Shown here in pieces: positions 1 to 9,412 of a stretch of DNA of 64,000 bases. The translations under genes were made by a program, and so were the position numbers. How positions within the stretch are numbered: position 1 is the first letter of the stretch; every line of letters begins with the position of its first letter. The DNA comes from Candidatus Latescibacterota bacterium (lineage in GTDB: Bacteria; Latescibacterota; UBA2968; GCA-2709665): assembly GCA_965116875.1 (NCBI GenBank), contig OZ220733.1, positions 256,001 through 320,000 of the forward strand, written 5' to 3'. The notes below the pieces were generated by a model that saw only the letters and a program-made list of their open reading frames with translations, did no database searches and had not been told where the DNA came from.

Positions 1-1
1 C

Positions 2-553
2 GGACGTCAGGTTCCAACGGGGTTCCGAACATTTGATTTCCAGCCACGTAAATTTCGGGATTTCATCTGATCCCCAGGCTTCCTTCAACCCGGAGATCGG
101 CAGACTTCCTCGGAACAACTTAGTTGGCGATGGATCTACAATATGTACCATGTCCATTTCGTCGTCGTACCCAGCAAGAATAACGGCGTGAGACGAATGA
201 TGGCCTAGTCCCGGATAGTAGTAACGTTCTAGATAATACGTGTCGGCTACCGCCGGTACCGGAACGCCCTCATCTATTCGCGACTTAGCGCATTTCCAGG
301 CAGTTTCACCATCTCGTTCGTGATGCACTGTTACATGAATACCACATTGTCTTAATCTCGTCTGAAAATGAGTGATACGTGGACTAATTTTCACTTCTGC
401 ACTGCCTTCCAGTTGGTATGAGAAATACCACTCGTCGTGCAATACGGTGGCAGTCGTGTACCCAAAAAACTGCAACATTACATCTAATGCCACATAATCA
501 CAGGGATACGAATCGCAATCGCAGAAAGGAATTCCGGATATAAGTCGTCCCAT
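2..553 (-). CDS. BtrH N-terminal/C39-like (papain-fold) protein, truncated at the left window edge
   Basis: Absent from the ORF track because there is no stop in the window. Manual translation from ATG at 553: MGRLISGIPFCDCDSYPCDYVALDVMLQFFG...RIDEGVPVPAVADTYYLERYYYPGLGHHSSHAVILAGYDDEMDMVHIVDP. The Cys...H-x-V-I-L-x-G-Y-D...V-x-I-x-D pattern is typical of BtrH_N/C39-like proteins. AAGGA precedes the start. Confidence 0.7.
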   Translation of the reverse strand, partial: MGRLISGIPFCDCDSYPCDYVALDVMLQFFGYTTATVLHDEWYFSYQLEGSAEVKISPRITHFQTRLRQCGIHVTVHHERDGETAWKCAKSRIDEGVPVPAVADTYYLERYYYPGLGHHSSHAVILAGYDDEMDMVHIVDPSPTKLFRGSLPISGLKEAWGSDEIPKFTWLEIKCSEPRWNLTS

Positions 554-1256
554 GGCAATTCCTTAAGCTTGAAAAAAGTCGACATACGGCAGAGTCGGCG
601 TATGCATTTATCGTCTTTTCAGTTTTACTATTGCGTAAACGACATTCTGCAATTCAGACGGCATGGCCGTTTCGTTAAGATCGTCTATTGACGATTCCGA
701 ATCACACAATCCGTAGAAACACTAAGACCATTCATCGGTGCCCTACCCGAGTCTTGAATTAGGTAAAATCACCAGCCATGGTGCTAACCACGCTGCAATT
801 TCAAAAAAAAATCCTCAAGTTGATCATCCATTGAACTTTCGATTTATGGCGAACATTCGTGAGGCGATTTGTCACCTCCTGCTTTTTTCTTAAGCGAGAT
901 GTTCTCATTCTGCCGCCTCGACCGGCCGAGAAGACGAAACGCAGACACGATTAGTGAGTAATCACTTATTCTGCATTTATGACTCCAGCAAATCTGAAAT
1001 CTAGGGGATGGTACGAACGCACACCGTCGCGCTGGCAGAAATACGTCGTGGAAATCGCTCGGCGCTTCGGATATTTCCCGGCGAACAAAGTAGCCGTTTC
1101 GACCGAAACGGCGGGCGTCAGATAGGGCCTAAGCAGACGACACCATCTGTTTCGGTTGTCCCCGACCCGCGAAGCCCATAACTACCTATCCCGTTTTTTT
1201 CTCCGTTTTAAGAGTCTGGCAGTGCGACATCTACGCGACAGGGCTGGCGAGGCGGC

Positions 1257-1304
1257 CAGACAGGAATGTCCGCCCCACCTTCAGACCGGCATCCTCAGCA
1301 TAAC
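1257..1304 (+). repeat. REP-like 48-bp repeat, copy 1 (downstream flank of the kelch gene)
   Basis: cagacaggaatgtccgccccaccttcagaccggcatcctcagcataac matches 2502-2549 at 43/48 positions. Confidence 0.75.
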
Positions 1305-1325
1305 AGATCAGGTGCGCGGTTACTC

Positions 1326-2462
1326 TCAGGGTGTGAAAATGAAAATCTGATCCGTAGTCGACTCCCAATCTTGACTGTCATCCCTCCACTTGATTCCGCC
1401 GGCGACCATCACGCGGCCGTCTTCAAGGAGCGTGGCCGTAGCGAAAGACCTGCGCGGGCTGATGCTGTATCCGGTATTGGAAAATGCGTGCGTGACGGGA
1501 TCATACAGTACGATATCGCCGTTGTACGAGCGGATAAGAAACACGTTGCCGGACGGCAGCAGCAGGGCGGCACTGGGATCGATCGTTGAGACGCCGGCCG
1601 GTGAAAAGGTATTGGCTTCCGGGTCGTAGATCTCCGCCGTCTGCACGGATGGCCCTCTGCCGGAGGCGCCGCCGCCTATGATCAGGACCCTACCGTCCTC
1701 CAGTAGCACCGCCTTATGATTCCTGCGGTCGAACTGCAAGTTGCCTGCTTCCGAAAGGGCTTCGGTCGAGGGATCATAGATAAGATTCCGTCCCAGCAAT
1801 CCTGGGTCCCGTCCAACATTCTGTCCTCCAACGATCAACACCCTGCCGTCCTTCAACAAAGTGGCCGTATGGCCGATTCGGGAAGGATCCATCCTGAGCA
1901 AGGTGGAGAATGGGCCTGTCGTCGGGTCGAAGACACCCGCGTATAACGTGCTGGTCAAGAAGACCTTTCCGTCGAGAAGCAGAGTGGCAGTAAGAATCCC
2001 AATTCTCCGAGGCAAAACTGCCACAGGGTTGAATCTGCCGGAATGAGCATCGTACCTCTCAATGGGGAGATTGGGATTTCCGGGGATGATCAGGACCCGG
2101 CCGTCGGGAAGCAATATTCCGTGGTCCTCGCTGCGACTGGCAGTCAGGTCTCCCGTTGGCGTTGAGGTCCCGGTTTCAGGGTCGAATATTTCCGCACTGA
2201 TGAGACGCTTCGGCTGAGGAATGGGGGTATCCGGGGGAGGCGGCCCTGCGAGTACCAGCGGCAGTTCTTCGAGGCCGCCAGCGATCAGGACCTTGCCATC
2301 GTTCAGTAACGTCGCGGCATGCCAATACCGGGGTCGGGTCAGGTTTCCAACCTCGTGAAGACCCCTTTCAAGGGCCGGCGGCTCTGATGTGGTTACCGAA
2401 TCGCTTCCGCAAGCCCACAAGCTCGTGACGACGAACAGCGCGACCAAGATTCTGGTGGTCAT
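1326..2462 (-). CDS. Kelch/galactose-oxidase-type beta-propeller lipoprotein
   Basis: Lipobox SLWA-C, plus repeated R-x-x-H-x-A-T-L-L-x-D-G-R-V-L-I-x-G-G...A-E-I-Y-D-P kelch units. Confidence 0.9.
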   Translation of the reverse strand: MTTRILVALFVVTSLWACGSDSVTTSEPPALERGLHEVGNLTRPRYWHAATLLNDGKVLIAGGLEELPLVLAGPPPPDTPIPQPKRLISAEIFDPETGTSTPTGDLTASRSEDHGILLPDGRVLIIPGNPNLPIERYDAHSGRFNPVAVLPRRIGILTATLLLDGKVFLTSTLYAGVFDPTTGPFSTLLRMDPSRIGHTATLLKDGRVLIVGGQNVGRDPGLLGRNLIYDPSTEALSEAGNLQFDRRNHKAVLLEDGRVLIIGGGASGRGPSVQTAEIYDPEANTFSPAGVSTIDPSAALLLPSGNVFLIRSYNGDIVLYDPVTHAFSNTGYSISPRRSFATATLLEDGRVMVAGGIKWRDDSQDWESTTDQIFIFTP

Positions 2463-2501
2463 TTTCTGTCTCCTTCCCGACCGAAGGATACACGATGTGG
2501 A

Positions 2502-2549
2502 CAGACAGGAATGTCCGCGCCACCTTCAGACCGGATTCCTCTGCATGAC
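2502..2549 (+). repeat. REP-like 48-bp repeat, copy 2 (upstream flank of the kelch gene)
   Basis: Direct repeat of 1257-1304. A partial inverted copy (gcggacatcctg) follows at about 2566-2577. Confidence 0.75.
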
Positions 2550-3075
2550 GGTTCCGCGCAGGCGGCGGACATCCTGCTTCTCAGGTGTCGCCGCGTGTAA
2601 ATAGCGCAGAGATGATCCCATGCTGCAGTAGATCCTTCGTCGGCCTGGGGACCCTTCGACGGGCTCGCTTCGACAGGCCACTTCGGCAAGCTCAGTGCAA
2701 GCAGCACAAGCAGGGCAAGTCCTCTGGATGACAGCCGGAAGCTTCGTGCTCGTGTAACCAGGTTGATCAAACCTTCCTAAACACCATCTCTTAAACGGAT
2801 TTCGCCAATGTTGTTAAAAATGAGGTGCAGGTTTGTAATCCGGTGTCTTCGGACAAATGGGAAACGGTCGCCTGAGATGGTTTAATTAAACTGGGAGAAA
2901 CTGTCACATGCCGCTGATCTTACGTTTGATCAAATCAAAAACGAACACGATTTACAGCGATTGGAAAAACAACTGATGACGAGACATCCTCCCAATATCA
3001 TCTTCATGGTATGTGAAGATCAATAGGGTGCGATTGTCTAAAATCCAACATTTCCGCTAGATGACAAAGCCCAAT

Positions 3076-3339
3076 TTAGCTGCTCGCCAATTTACCGGAC
3101 ACATAACGAACCATAGAATTCACAGAATCGAAGAGGTCGACGCGTAATTCTTCGTCATCCACCTCAATTCCAAACTCCTGTTCAAGAGCAAAGATGATTT
3201 CTAGTGCGGCAATCGAGTCAACTCCCACGCCCTCGAAAAGCAACTCATCATCGGCAATGTCGTTAGGGTCAATACTCAGGCGGAGTGACTGGACGATCGC
3301 AGATTTTACACGCTGTCCAATGAGCGTCAATTCTTCCAT
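3076..3339 (-). CDS. Acyl carrier protein
   Basis: 87 aa, acidic, with the phosphopantetheine site GVDSI and LEQEFGIEVDDEEL. Its start overlaps the end of the upstream subtilase gene. Confidence 0.9.
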   Translation of the reverse strand: MEELTLIGQRVKSAIVQSLRLSIDPNDIADDELLFEGVGVDSIAALEIIFALEQEFGIEVDDEELRVDLFDSVNSMVRYVSGKLASS

Positions 3340-5243
3340 CCGTTTTTCTTGTCCTCGGTAAAGTGATCGATTGCCACATCAACCGCCTTTTGAATACCCT
3401 CTGCCGACGAAATACATATGGCGGGTAATCCAAAAGACCGTTCCAATTGTCCCAACTTACAGGCTACTTCGGCTTGAGTCAGCGGTCGCGGTCTTATCGA
3501 CGTTCGACCATACCTAGCCTGCACTCCCTTTTCAAAGTCTGACGTGGCTAGCAACAATGTGGGCGCGTGACAAAATGCGCGAATGCCGTTGACCGTGTCC
3601 TGAATATAGTCTTCGGGATCGACACTGTTTACCACCAATATGCAAGCATCAGGCTTCACACCCATTAAAAAAGCAATGGTGGGCAGCGTCAAAGTATGCT
3701 TGTCGCATACGTCATAGGGAACCGTTCCGGATTGGGTACCGACCAAAATGAGATGAGGTCGTGTTTGGTAGCAAATCTCGCGCATCTTCGCATCGAGAAA
3801 CGGAATATAGTATTCAGTCGGAATTCGAACAGAGGGTGCGTAGCCCATTGGAAACCCATAATCCATGCCGAATAGCTCGGAATGATGTTCAGTCCCAATC
3901 TGTGCAATCCGAAACCCTAGTTCTAGCAATCTTCGCCGGAACGCTAATTGAAGGGTAAATTTACCCTGTTGCGAACTCGTACCTACTATAGCCAAAACCG
4001 GAACATCCACTTCGGGGAGCGATGAGCATCCATCGACTGTACGGCTCGCCTCTTCAAACGACAGCTCAGGATAATACAGTCTCAATCCTTTAGAAGCAGC
4101 GACTTCATGCAAGTCACCGTACTCCGCGTGAGGTAGTGCAAGTAGGCTGAACACGTTTACTTCATTATCGAGTGCGACCTGAACGCACTTTCTAAGGAAA
4201 TCGCTCTTACGGATTCGACTCAATTCATCAACGTAACCAAGAATCAGAGTGTCTGCATGCTCCAGACACGCCGACAGCCGGGATGTGATCCGGAGACCCT
4301 TATTACACAGGCCGATTGCTTCCCCTGCATCGCTGCCGACCAATCCCTTTCCGACAGGATCGGATATGCCCACGACCTGAAAGCCCAATAGGTCATTCGC
4401 ACGAACTACGGCGTGCATTTCCTTATTATACGGGTAGAGGCAGGCCTTGCGTATCCACGAGAAGCGATCCTCTGCAGCAGACGGGACCTTGATGGATGAC
4501 GCAGGGTTTGTTACGAGAGGAGGCGCCGTTTCGGATACTGCGTGGTTACTCAGAATCTCACGGATCTGTTGCAAGCAGGCACCAGGGTAAGCCTGCCGGA
4601 TTAGCGCGATCAGACCGGTTATATGTGGCGCAGCGAAACTGGTACCGCCCATCATTATTTCCTTCGGCTCCAACCAACACACCCGTTGGGGGTCGCCGCG
4701 CGCAATGCACTCAATCGGTCGACCGGCGCGATAATAGTAGTCGTACGGGCCAAGCAACGCACCCGAACCGACACCAATGACGTCGGCTAACAACGCAGGA
4801 TACGAGTCACGTCCCTCGTTATTTGCGGATGCTACCAAAAGAGTACCAACGCTGACTGCATTGCGACAGACGTTTGCCAACTCGTCACGATAAGCGATAT
4901 CCGTTGTTCCCAAGCTTAGATTTACAATGTCGATTCCGTGCGCAACTGTCCATTCGATGGCCGCTATGAGCAGTCGTGGTTCCGTCGACAAGGATTCGTC
5001 AAAAACTCGGATACTATAAATTGAGGCGTCCATCGCTTTCCGCCGGATAATACCTGCACAGGCCGTTCCGTGACCCACGCAGTCTTCAAAATCAGAACCA
5101 TAGATTAAATCCCCTGCTTTACCGACTGATATAGAAACCCCGTCTGTCAACGGACCAACCTTCGGGTGGTCCGGCACGATGCCACTATCTATAACTGCGA
5201 CGGCAACGCCGCGTCCGGTCAAGTTTGAAAACGGAAAACTCAT
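3327..5243 (-). CDS. S8 subtilase fused to a DUF1611/TIGR04066-like P-loop domain
   Basis: Catalytic triad motifs VAVIDSG, GHGTACAG and GTSFAAPH, with no signal peptide. The C-terminal part has LYPYNKE...GLVGSDAG and VPVLAIVGTSSQQGKFTLQL...QIGTEHHSELFG. Confidence 0.85.
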   Translation of the reverse strand: MSFPFSNLTGRGVAVAVIDSGIVPDHPKVGPLTDGVSISVGKAGDLIYGSDFEDCVGHGTACAGIIRRKAMDASIYSIRVFDESLSTEPRLLIAAIEWTVAHGIDIVNLSLGTTDIAYRDELANVCRNAVSVGTLLVASANNEGRDSYPALLADVIGVGSGALLGPYDYYYRAGRPIECIARGDPQRVCWLEPKEIMMGGTSFAAPHITGLIALIRQAYPGACLQQIREILSNHAVSETAPPLVTNPASSIKVPSAAEDRFSWIRKACLYPYNKEMHAVVRANDLLGFQVVGISDPVGKGLVGSDAGEAIGLCNKGLRITSRLSACLEHADTLILGYVDELSRIRKSDFLRKCVQVALDNEVNVFSLLALPHAEYGDLHEVAASKGLRLYYPELSFEEASRTVDGCSSLPEVDVPVLAIVGTSSQQGKFTLQLAFRRRLLELGFRIAQIGTEHHSELFGMDYGFPMGYAPSVRIPTEYYIPFLDAKMREICYQTRPHLILVGTQSGTVPYDVCDKHTLTLPTIAFLMGVKPDACILVVNSVDPEDYIQDTVNGIRAFCHAPTLLLATSDFEKGVQARYGRTSIRPRPLTQAEVACKLGQLERSFGLPAICISSAEGIQKAVDVAIDHFTEDKKNGWKN

Positions 5244-5354
5244 CGCACCTGTTCACGAAAAAGCTAAAGGAGGACGGCGATATTCTCACGAATATCGCAT
5301 TGCCAGGAAATCGGTTAGAGTTGTTTCCCCCAACTTCTCCTAAAAGCAGAAATA

Positions 5355-5846
5355 CTAACCTCCGTCATCGGTCTCGGTTGCCACCGGAAATCCCGCCTCG
5401 GCCCACAACGGCCATCCACCGGAAAGCACCCTGACGTTTGCATATGTGAATTCTCGTGCGAGGCGCCGCGCTACATCATAGCTACTCATACATGTAGCAT
5501 TTGCACAGTAGACGATAATATCGGTATCCGCCGGATAAGGCTCAAGCACACGATGCAATTTGGAAGTCGAATAGTGATATGACAGACGGACAGCACCCGG
5601 AATATGCCCACCATTAAATGCCTCAGCCGAGCGAGCATCTACAAATAACGCTGCTCCCCTGTCATATTGGTGCTTAGCTTCAACTAAATCCAATGTCCCA
5701 ATAGCCTGTTCTTCTAAAGTGCCGACATTTGCAAGAGGAAGTCCAGCCACCGTCCGCCGGGCATAAAACCACTCGGTCAATTGAAGGACGGCACAATACA
5801 TCACAATTAATATGAATACCAGTGAAACTATAACCCATCGCCACAC
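5355..5846 (-). CDS. Membrane-anchored rhodanese-like domain protein
   Basis: N-terminal TM helix, then FVDARS...GHIPGA, active-site loop YCANATCMSS and VLSGGWPLW. Confidence 0.85.
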   Translation of the reverse strand: MWRWVIVSLVFILIVMYCAVLQLTEWFYARRTVAGLPLANVGTLEEQAIGTLDLVEAKHQYDRGAALFVDARSAEAFNGGHIPGAVRLSYHYSTSKLHRVLEPYPADTDIIVYCANATCMSSYDVARRLAREFTYANVRVLSGGWPLWAEAGFPVATETDDGG

Positions 5847-5877
5847 GAATTCGTATCCAATTCGGGACTCTTATTAA

Positions 5878-6067
5878 CCTTGATTCGAAAGTCCCCGGGG
5901 ACGTTAATTCGAATATGTGCTTGAAATAAAGGCGATTAGACGGCGGAAACCGAGGATACACCAGGTCACTGGACGTGAAGGGAAAAAACATCTTTCTTTA
6001 TGTCGACAACGCCCCGTTTCGGAGGGTTTTATCGCGTCGCCGCGTTGCTGTTTTTTTCGGATTGAGG
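5878..6067. mobile_element. 190-bp MITE family A, copy 1
   Basis: Imperfect TIRs CCTTGATTC...GGATTGAGG and a TTAA duplication on both sides (5874-5877, 6068-6071). Homologous to 9413-9601 and 34353-34542. Confidence 0.8.
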
Positions 6068-7750
6068 TTAATTGCGTGCCGTTGAAAAAAAACTGTTTAA
6101 GAAACTTTGTTTCTGGAGCAACGCCTGAGGTTGACCCTGTTCAACTACGGTGCCGTTATCAATGCAGATCACTTCATCCACATTTCGGACGACGTTTAGT
6201 CTATGACTGATAACTAGGATTGTCTTTCCAGCAAATATCCGTCGGACATTTCGAAGAATCGTGTGTTCATTTTGGGGATCCAAAGCTGCGGTCGCTTCGT
6301 CCATGATTAGCAACTCCGCAGGATTCAACAAGGCTCTAGCAATTGCAAGCCGTTGTCGCTGCCCACCCGACATCTGTACTCCTTGCTCTCCTATAGTTTC
6401 ATGTTGATTCAGATCGTTCAGACCAACCATCTCCATGACGCGGTCGATTTCTGATGAGTTATACCGAGCCGATCCGTACCGGATATTCTCGCCGACGCTA
6501 TCGTGAAATAGGTGGACTCGTTGGCTAACCAAACTGATATTACGCCTCAAGTCCGACAGTTCGAATTCTCGCATTTGAACATTGTCAATGTTGATGCAAC
6601 CTCGATCGGGAAGATGAAGCCCACAAAGCAAATTGGCAATCGTCGACTTTCCACTTCCACTCGCACCTACCAAAGCATACGATTTCCCTTTTGCCATACT
6701 AAATTTCACTCCTCGAAGTACTGTCTGACTCTCAAAACTAAAATAAACATCTTGAAGGTCAATCTGCCTCCCGAAGGTAAACTGTTTTCGTCCAGCAAAA
6801 AAACCAACCTCCGAGGGAATCTGCATAAACTCCAACACGCGACGCATGGAAACCAACCCTCGAACGAGCCCAATGTACATATCGTGCAGGTTCCGGACTG
6901 GCTGGAAAAGACGTACCGAGTACTGTAGGAAGGCAACTAGAGCGCCAAGCGACATGACGTCTTGCATAACCTGATACGCTCCGAATCCCATAATGAAGAG
7001 GGGGGTTAACGCGGCCAACCCTCCTGACACACTATTCATTGAGGCATAGTACAGGACATTGCGCATGATTAATTCAATTAGATCATCCGACATAAAACGA
7101 AATCTATCGGTTTCTCGCCTCGAACTATTCGTAAGTTTAATTAATGAGACGTTTTTAAATCGTTCAATTACGTAGCTGGAGATGTCGGACCCCTTTTTCT
7201 GAATCTTTTCGATATTCCGTCTAATCCTAGGCTGAAAATAGGTCAGATTTAATACAAACAACGGGACGCCGATTACAGTCAGCAAAAAAAGGGAGGCATT
7301 TAGCCACATCAACAATACGATCAGCCCAATCAAAGTCAGGACACTGTGGATCGAGTGCAACGCGCTGGAAGTCAGCATCGACTCAATCACTGCCACATCA
7401 CTATTGAGCCGGTAGACCAAATCTCCTGTCTTTCGATTGTCAAGTGAGCTTATCGGTAAATCCAACAGCTTACGAAACATCCGCACTCGCATATCCCGAA
7501 CAATGCGATTACTGCACCACGCGTAGAGGTAGTTTGATGCGAAAGACAAGATCATATTAGTTAACATCAAACCGCAGAGAAGTCCTATCGCGACTAGAAG
7601 AGTGGTATATTGTTTGGCTGGAATTATGTCATCGATAATCGTCTTCGTAATGTACGGTGGAGCTAAGGAAACCGCAGTGGTAAGGACAAGACAGATCACA
7701 ACGATTAATCCCTTAAAGCGGTAGGGATTCAGGAATTTGGCAAATCGCAC
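6068..7750 (-). CDS. ABC exporter, fused permease/ATPase (no C39 peptidase domain)
   Basis: Multi-TM N-terminal domain, Walker A GASGSGKS, signature MSGGQRQR, Walker B LLIMDE and H-loop SHR. Confidence 0.95.
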   Translation of the reverse strand: MRFAKFLNPYRFKGLIVVICLVLTTAVSLAPPYITKTIIDDIIPAKQYTTLLVAIGLLCGLMLTNMILSFASNYLYAWCSNRIVRDMRVRMFRKLLDLPISSLDNRKTGDLVYRLNSDVAVIESMLTSSALHSIHSVLTLIGLIVLLMWLNASLFLLTVIGVPLFVLNLTYFQPRIRRNIEKIQKKGSDISSYVIERFKNVSLIKLTNSSRRETDRFRFMSDDLIELIMRNVLYYASMNSVSGGLAALTPLFIMGFGAYQVMQDVMSLGALVAFLQYSVRLFQPVRNLHDMYIGLVRGLVSMRRVLEFMQIPSEVGFFAGRKQFTFGRQIDLQDVYFSFESQTVLRGVKFSMAKGKSYALVGASGSGKSTIANLLCGLHLPDRGCINIDNVQMREFELSDLRRNISLVSQRVHLFHDSVGENIRYGSARYNSSEIDRVMEMVGLNDLNQHETIGEQGVQMSGGQRQRLAIARALLNPAELLIMDEATAALDPQNEHTILRNVRRIFAGKTILVISHRLNVVRNVDEVICIDNGTVVEQGQPQALLQKQSFLNSFFSTARN

Positions 7751-7789
7751 AATCGCGTTTATTGATGAGATGTGTGGCTCCGCGGAAAA

Positions 7790-8482
7790 CTAAAAGGGAT
7801 CACTGAGGACACCGCGCCCCTTGATTAACTCCAATAGAGACATACCGTGCATTTCTTTCAAGGGTGAATCAGCGAAACCCTCAACATTAATCTCAAAAGC
7901 AGGCATATGATTGTAAACAAGATCAACGAAGAACAAGGATGTGAATTGCTCCGCTTGGATTAGAGGAAGGTGGCATCGAATTATCCTGTTTTCTGGACTG
8001 ACAAGAAAAACCACAGGAGTTCGCACGAACAACCCATCGGAATCCTCTGGTTCTAGCGGAACACCTAACTGAAACGTCAACCTGAAGGCTCGCTTAAATT
8101 TAGTCAATTCTGATTGATCCCCATTTGAAATGGCGTAAATCGGCATCTCTAAGGAGTCCTTTAGGTTGTCGTGGATGTGTTGCAGCGCCCGTAATATTAG
8201 ATTGATGCAAGGTTGGCACGAATTCGGCGAAAACAAAAACACCAAGCCGGTCTTTGATCCTGAAAAGTCAGTACTTACCGTATCATTGCCAGTCGTGCGA
8301 ATTGACAATTTTGGAAATCCGCGACCGACTATCAGATCCTGCCGGTAGGTATTGACCACAAACGTGCGGTAAAACCGTAGATCGGTGAGATGTAATTTGA
8401 ATAACCAGGCGAGGGAGACGACTAGACCAATTAGGAAAAGCAGATTCGATACTACCAATAATCTCGTTATCCGCATAATCAT
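7790..8482 (-). CDS. Membrane-anchored thioredoxin-fold (redoxin/TlpA-like) protein
   Basis: N-terminal TM helix, FLFSPNSCQPC CxxC motif and TPVVFLV cis-Pro loop. Confidence 0.65.
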   Translation of the reverse strand: MIMRITRLLVVSNLLFLIGLVVSLAWLFKLHLTDLRFYRTFVVNTYRQDLIVGRGFPKLSIRTTGNDTVSTDFSGSKTGLVFLFSPNSCQPCINLILRALQHIHDNLKDSLEMPIYAISNGDQSELTKFKRAFRLTFQLGVPLEPEDSDGLFVRTPVVFLVSPENRIIRCHLPLIQAEQFTSLFFVDLVYNHMPAFEINVEGFADSPLKEMHGMSLLELIKGRGVLSDPF

Positions 8483-9120
8483 ACCGAAACTTTACAACAA
8501 CCGTCGTTGCAGTCCATAGAGGTTATTGTAGTTTCTCGAATGAATTCTGTACGGTTCAAAACCACAACAAATCGACGGCCAACGGGTATTTGCCCTACGC
8601 TTCGGCGGCCGTCGCACACAGATGTTCTTGCGGGCACTGGTCATCTTCCGAACGCAGGCGCGCATCCTAAGATCCGGACTCACCCTCGACAAGACCACGC
8701 CAAACCACCTACGCAGCGCATTCGACAGACTCGAAACTTTGATCGACCAACATTGCGATCATGCCAAACTCGCTGCTTGAAGCTTGACTCAAACACCACA
8801 AAAACCGCCGACTAAGCAGGCTAGGGCTGCAGAAAGAATGCGCCAACCCAAGCTATTGCCACTGGCTCTCTGTGCTCTTTGCGCTGGATGAAGCCTTCCC
8901 CAAACACGACATCAACCCCGCTGGCCGCGTAAGATCGAAGCGATTTCCCAGCCGCACACTGGCGACAACCAATCCCATAGAATCCACGTTCACCACCGCA
9001 GCAGAGGGATTCTTCGATCCAATGAACAGCACCAATATCATACGTTTAACGTACTTACCGAAGTTAACGAAAGACCGAAATACGGATCCGATCCACCATT
9101 TCAGTCAACGAGAGTAATAC

Positions 9121-9342
9121 CTAAATGTTATACCATTCCGACCAATAGGTATCTCCCGAATTACAAAGGGCAACTTCGATCTCATTCGTGGCATCGCAAG
9201 AATAGTGGTCTCTCCGCTGCAACTGACCATTGTGGCACCTTTTTTCGAATTTGTCGTTGAACCATTGATATCCATCGTACCATTCGTACGCGTATATCAA
9301 TGTATCCTGTCGACGGTTCCGTGGTTTTCGTAGCAAGTTCAT
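9121..9342 (-). CDS. Putative RiPP precursor peptide 2 (73 aa, Trp/Tyr-rich, 3 Cys)
   Basis: RBS AAGGGAGG lies 4 nt before ATG 9342. Sequence: MNLLRKPRNRRQDTLIYAYEWYDGYQWFNDKFEKRCHNGQLQRRDHYSCDATNEIEVALCNSGDTYWSEWYNI. Confidence 0.7.
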   Translation of the reverse strand: MNLLRKPRNRRQDTLIYAYEWYDGYQWFNDKFEKRCHNGQLQRRDHYSCDATNEIEVALCNSGDTYWSEWYNI

Positions 9343-9412
9343 GTTGCCTCCCTTTTGAGAGTTTGAGAATTGGTGGATCGGAATCCGTAGTTTCGGCAAA
9401 TCGCAAAGCAAA

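Noticed and set aside
560-1150. Short ORFs upstream of the BtrH-like gene, including one AGGAGG
   Set aside because: The RBS is not properly spaced to a start, and the ORFs are short and featureless.
2459-2770. 103-aa ORF with a signal-like start
   Set aside because: It runs through REP-like sequences (CTTCGGCAAGCTCAG and the 48-bp repeat) and has no recognisable domain.
2976-3026. MTRHPPNIIFMVCEDQ*, resembling a sulfatase N-terminus
   Set aside because: Only 16 codons; at best a remnant, too short to support.
8492-9117. Small Cys-containing ORFs between precursor 2 and the redoxin as further precursors
   Set aside because: No convincing RBS or leader similarity; the Cys-rich frame lacks a start upstream of its cysteines.
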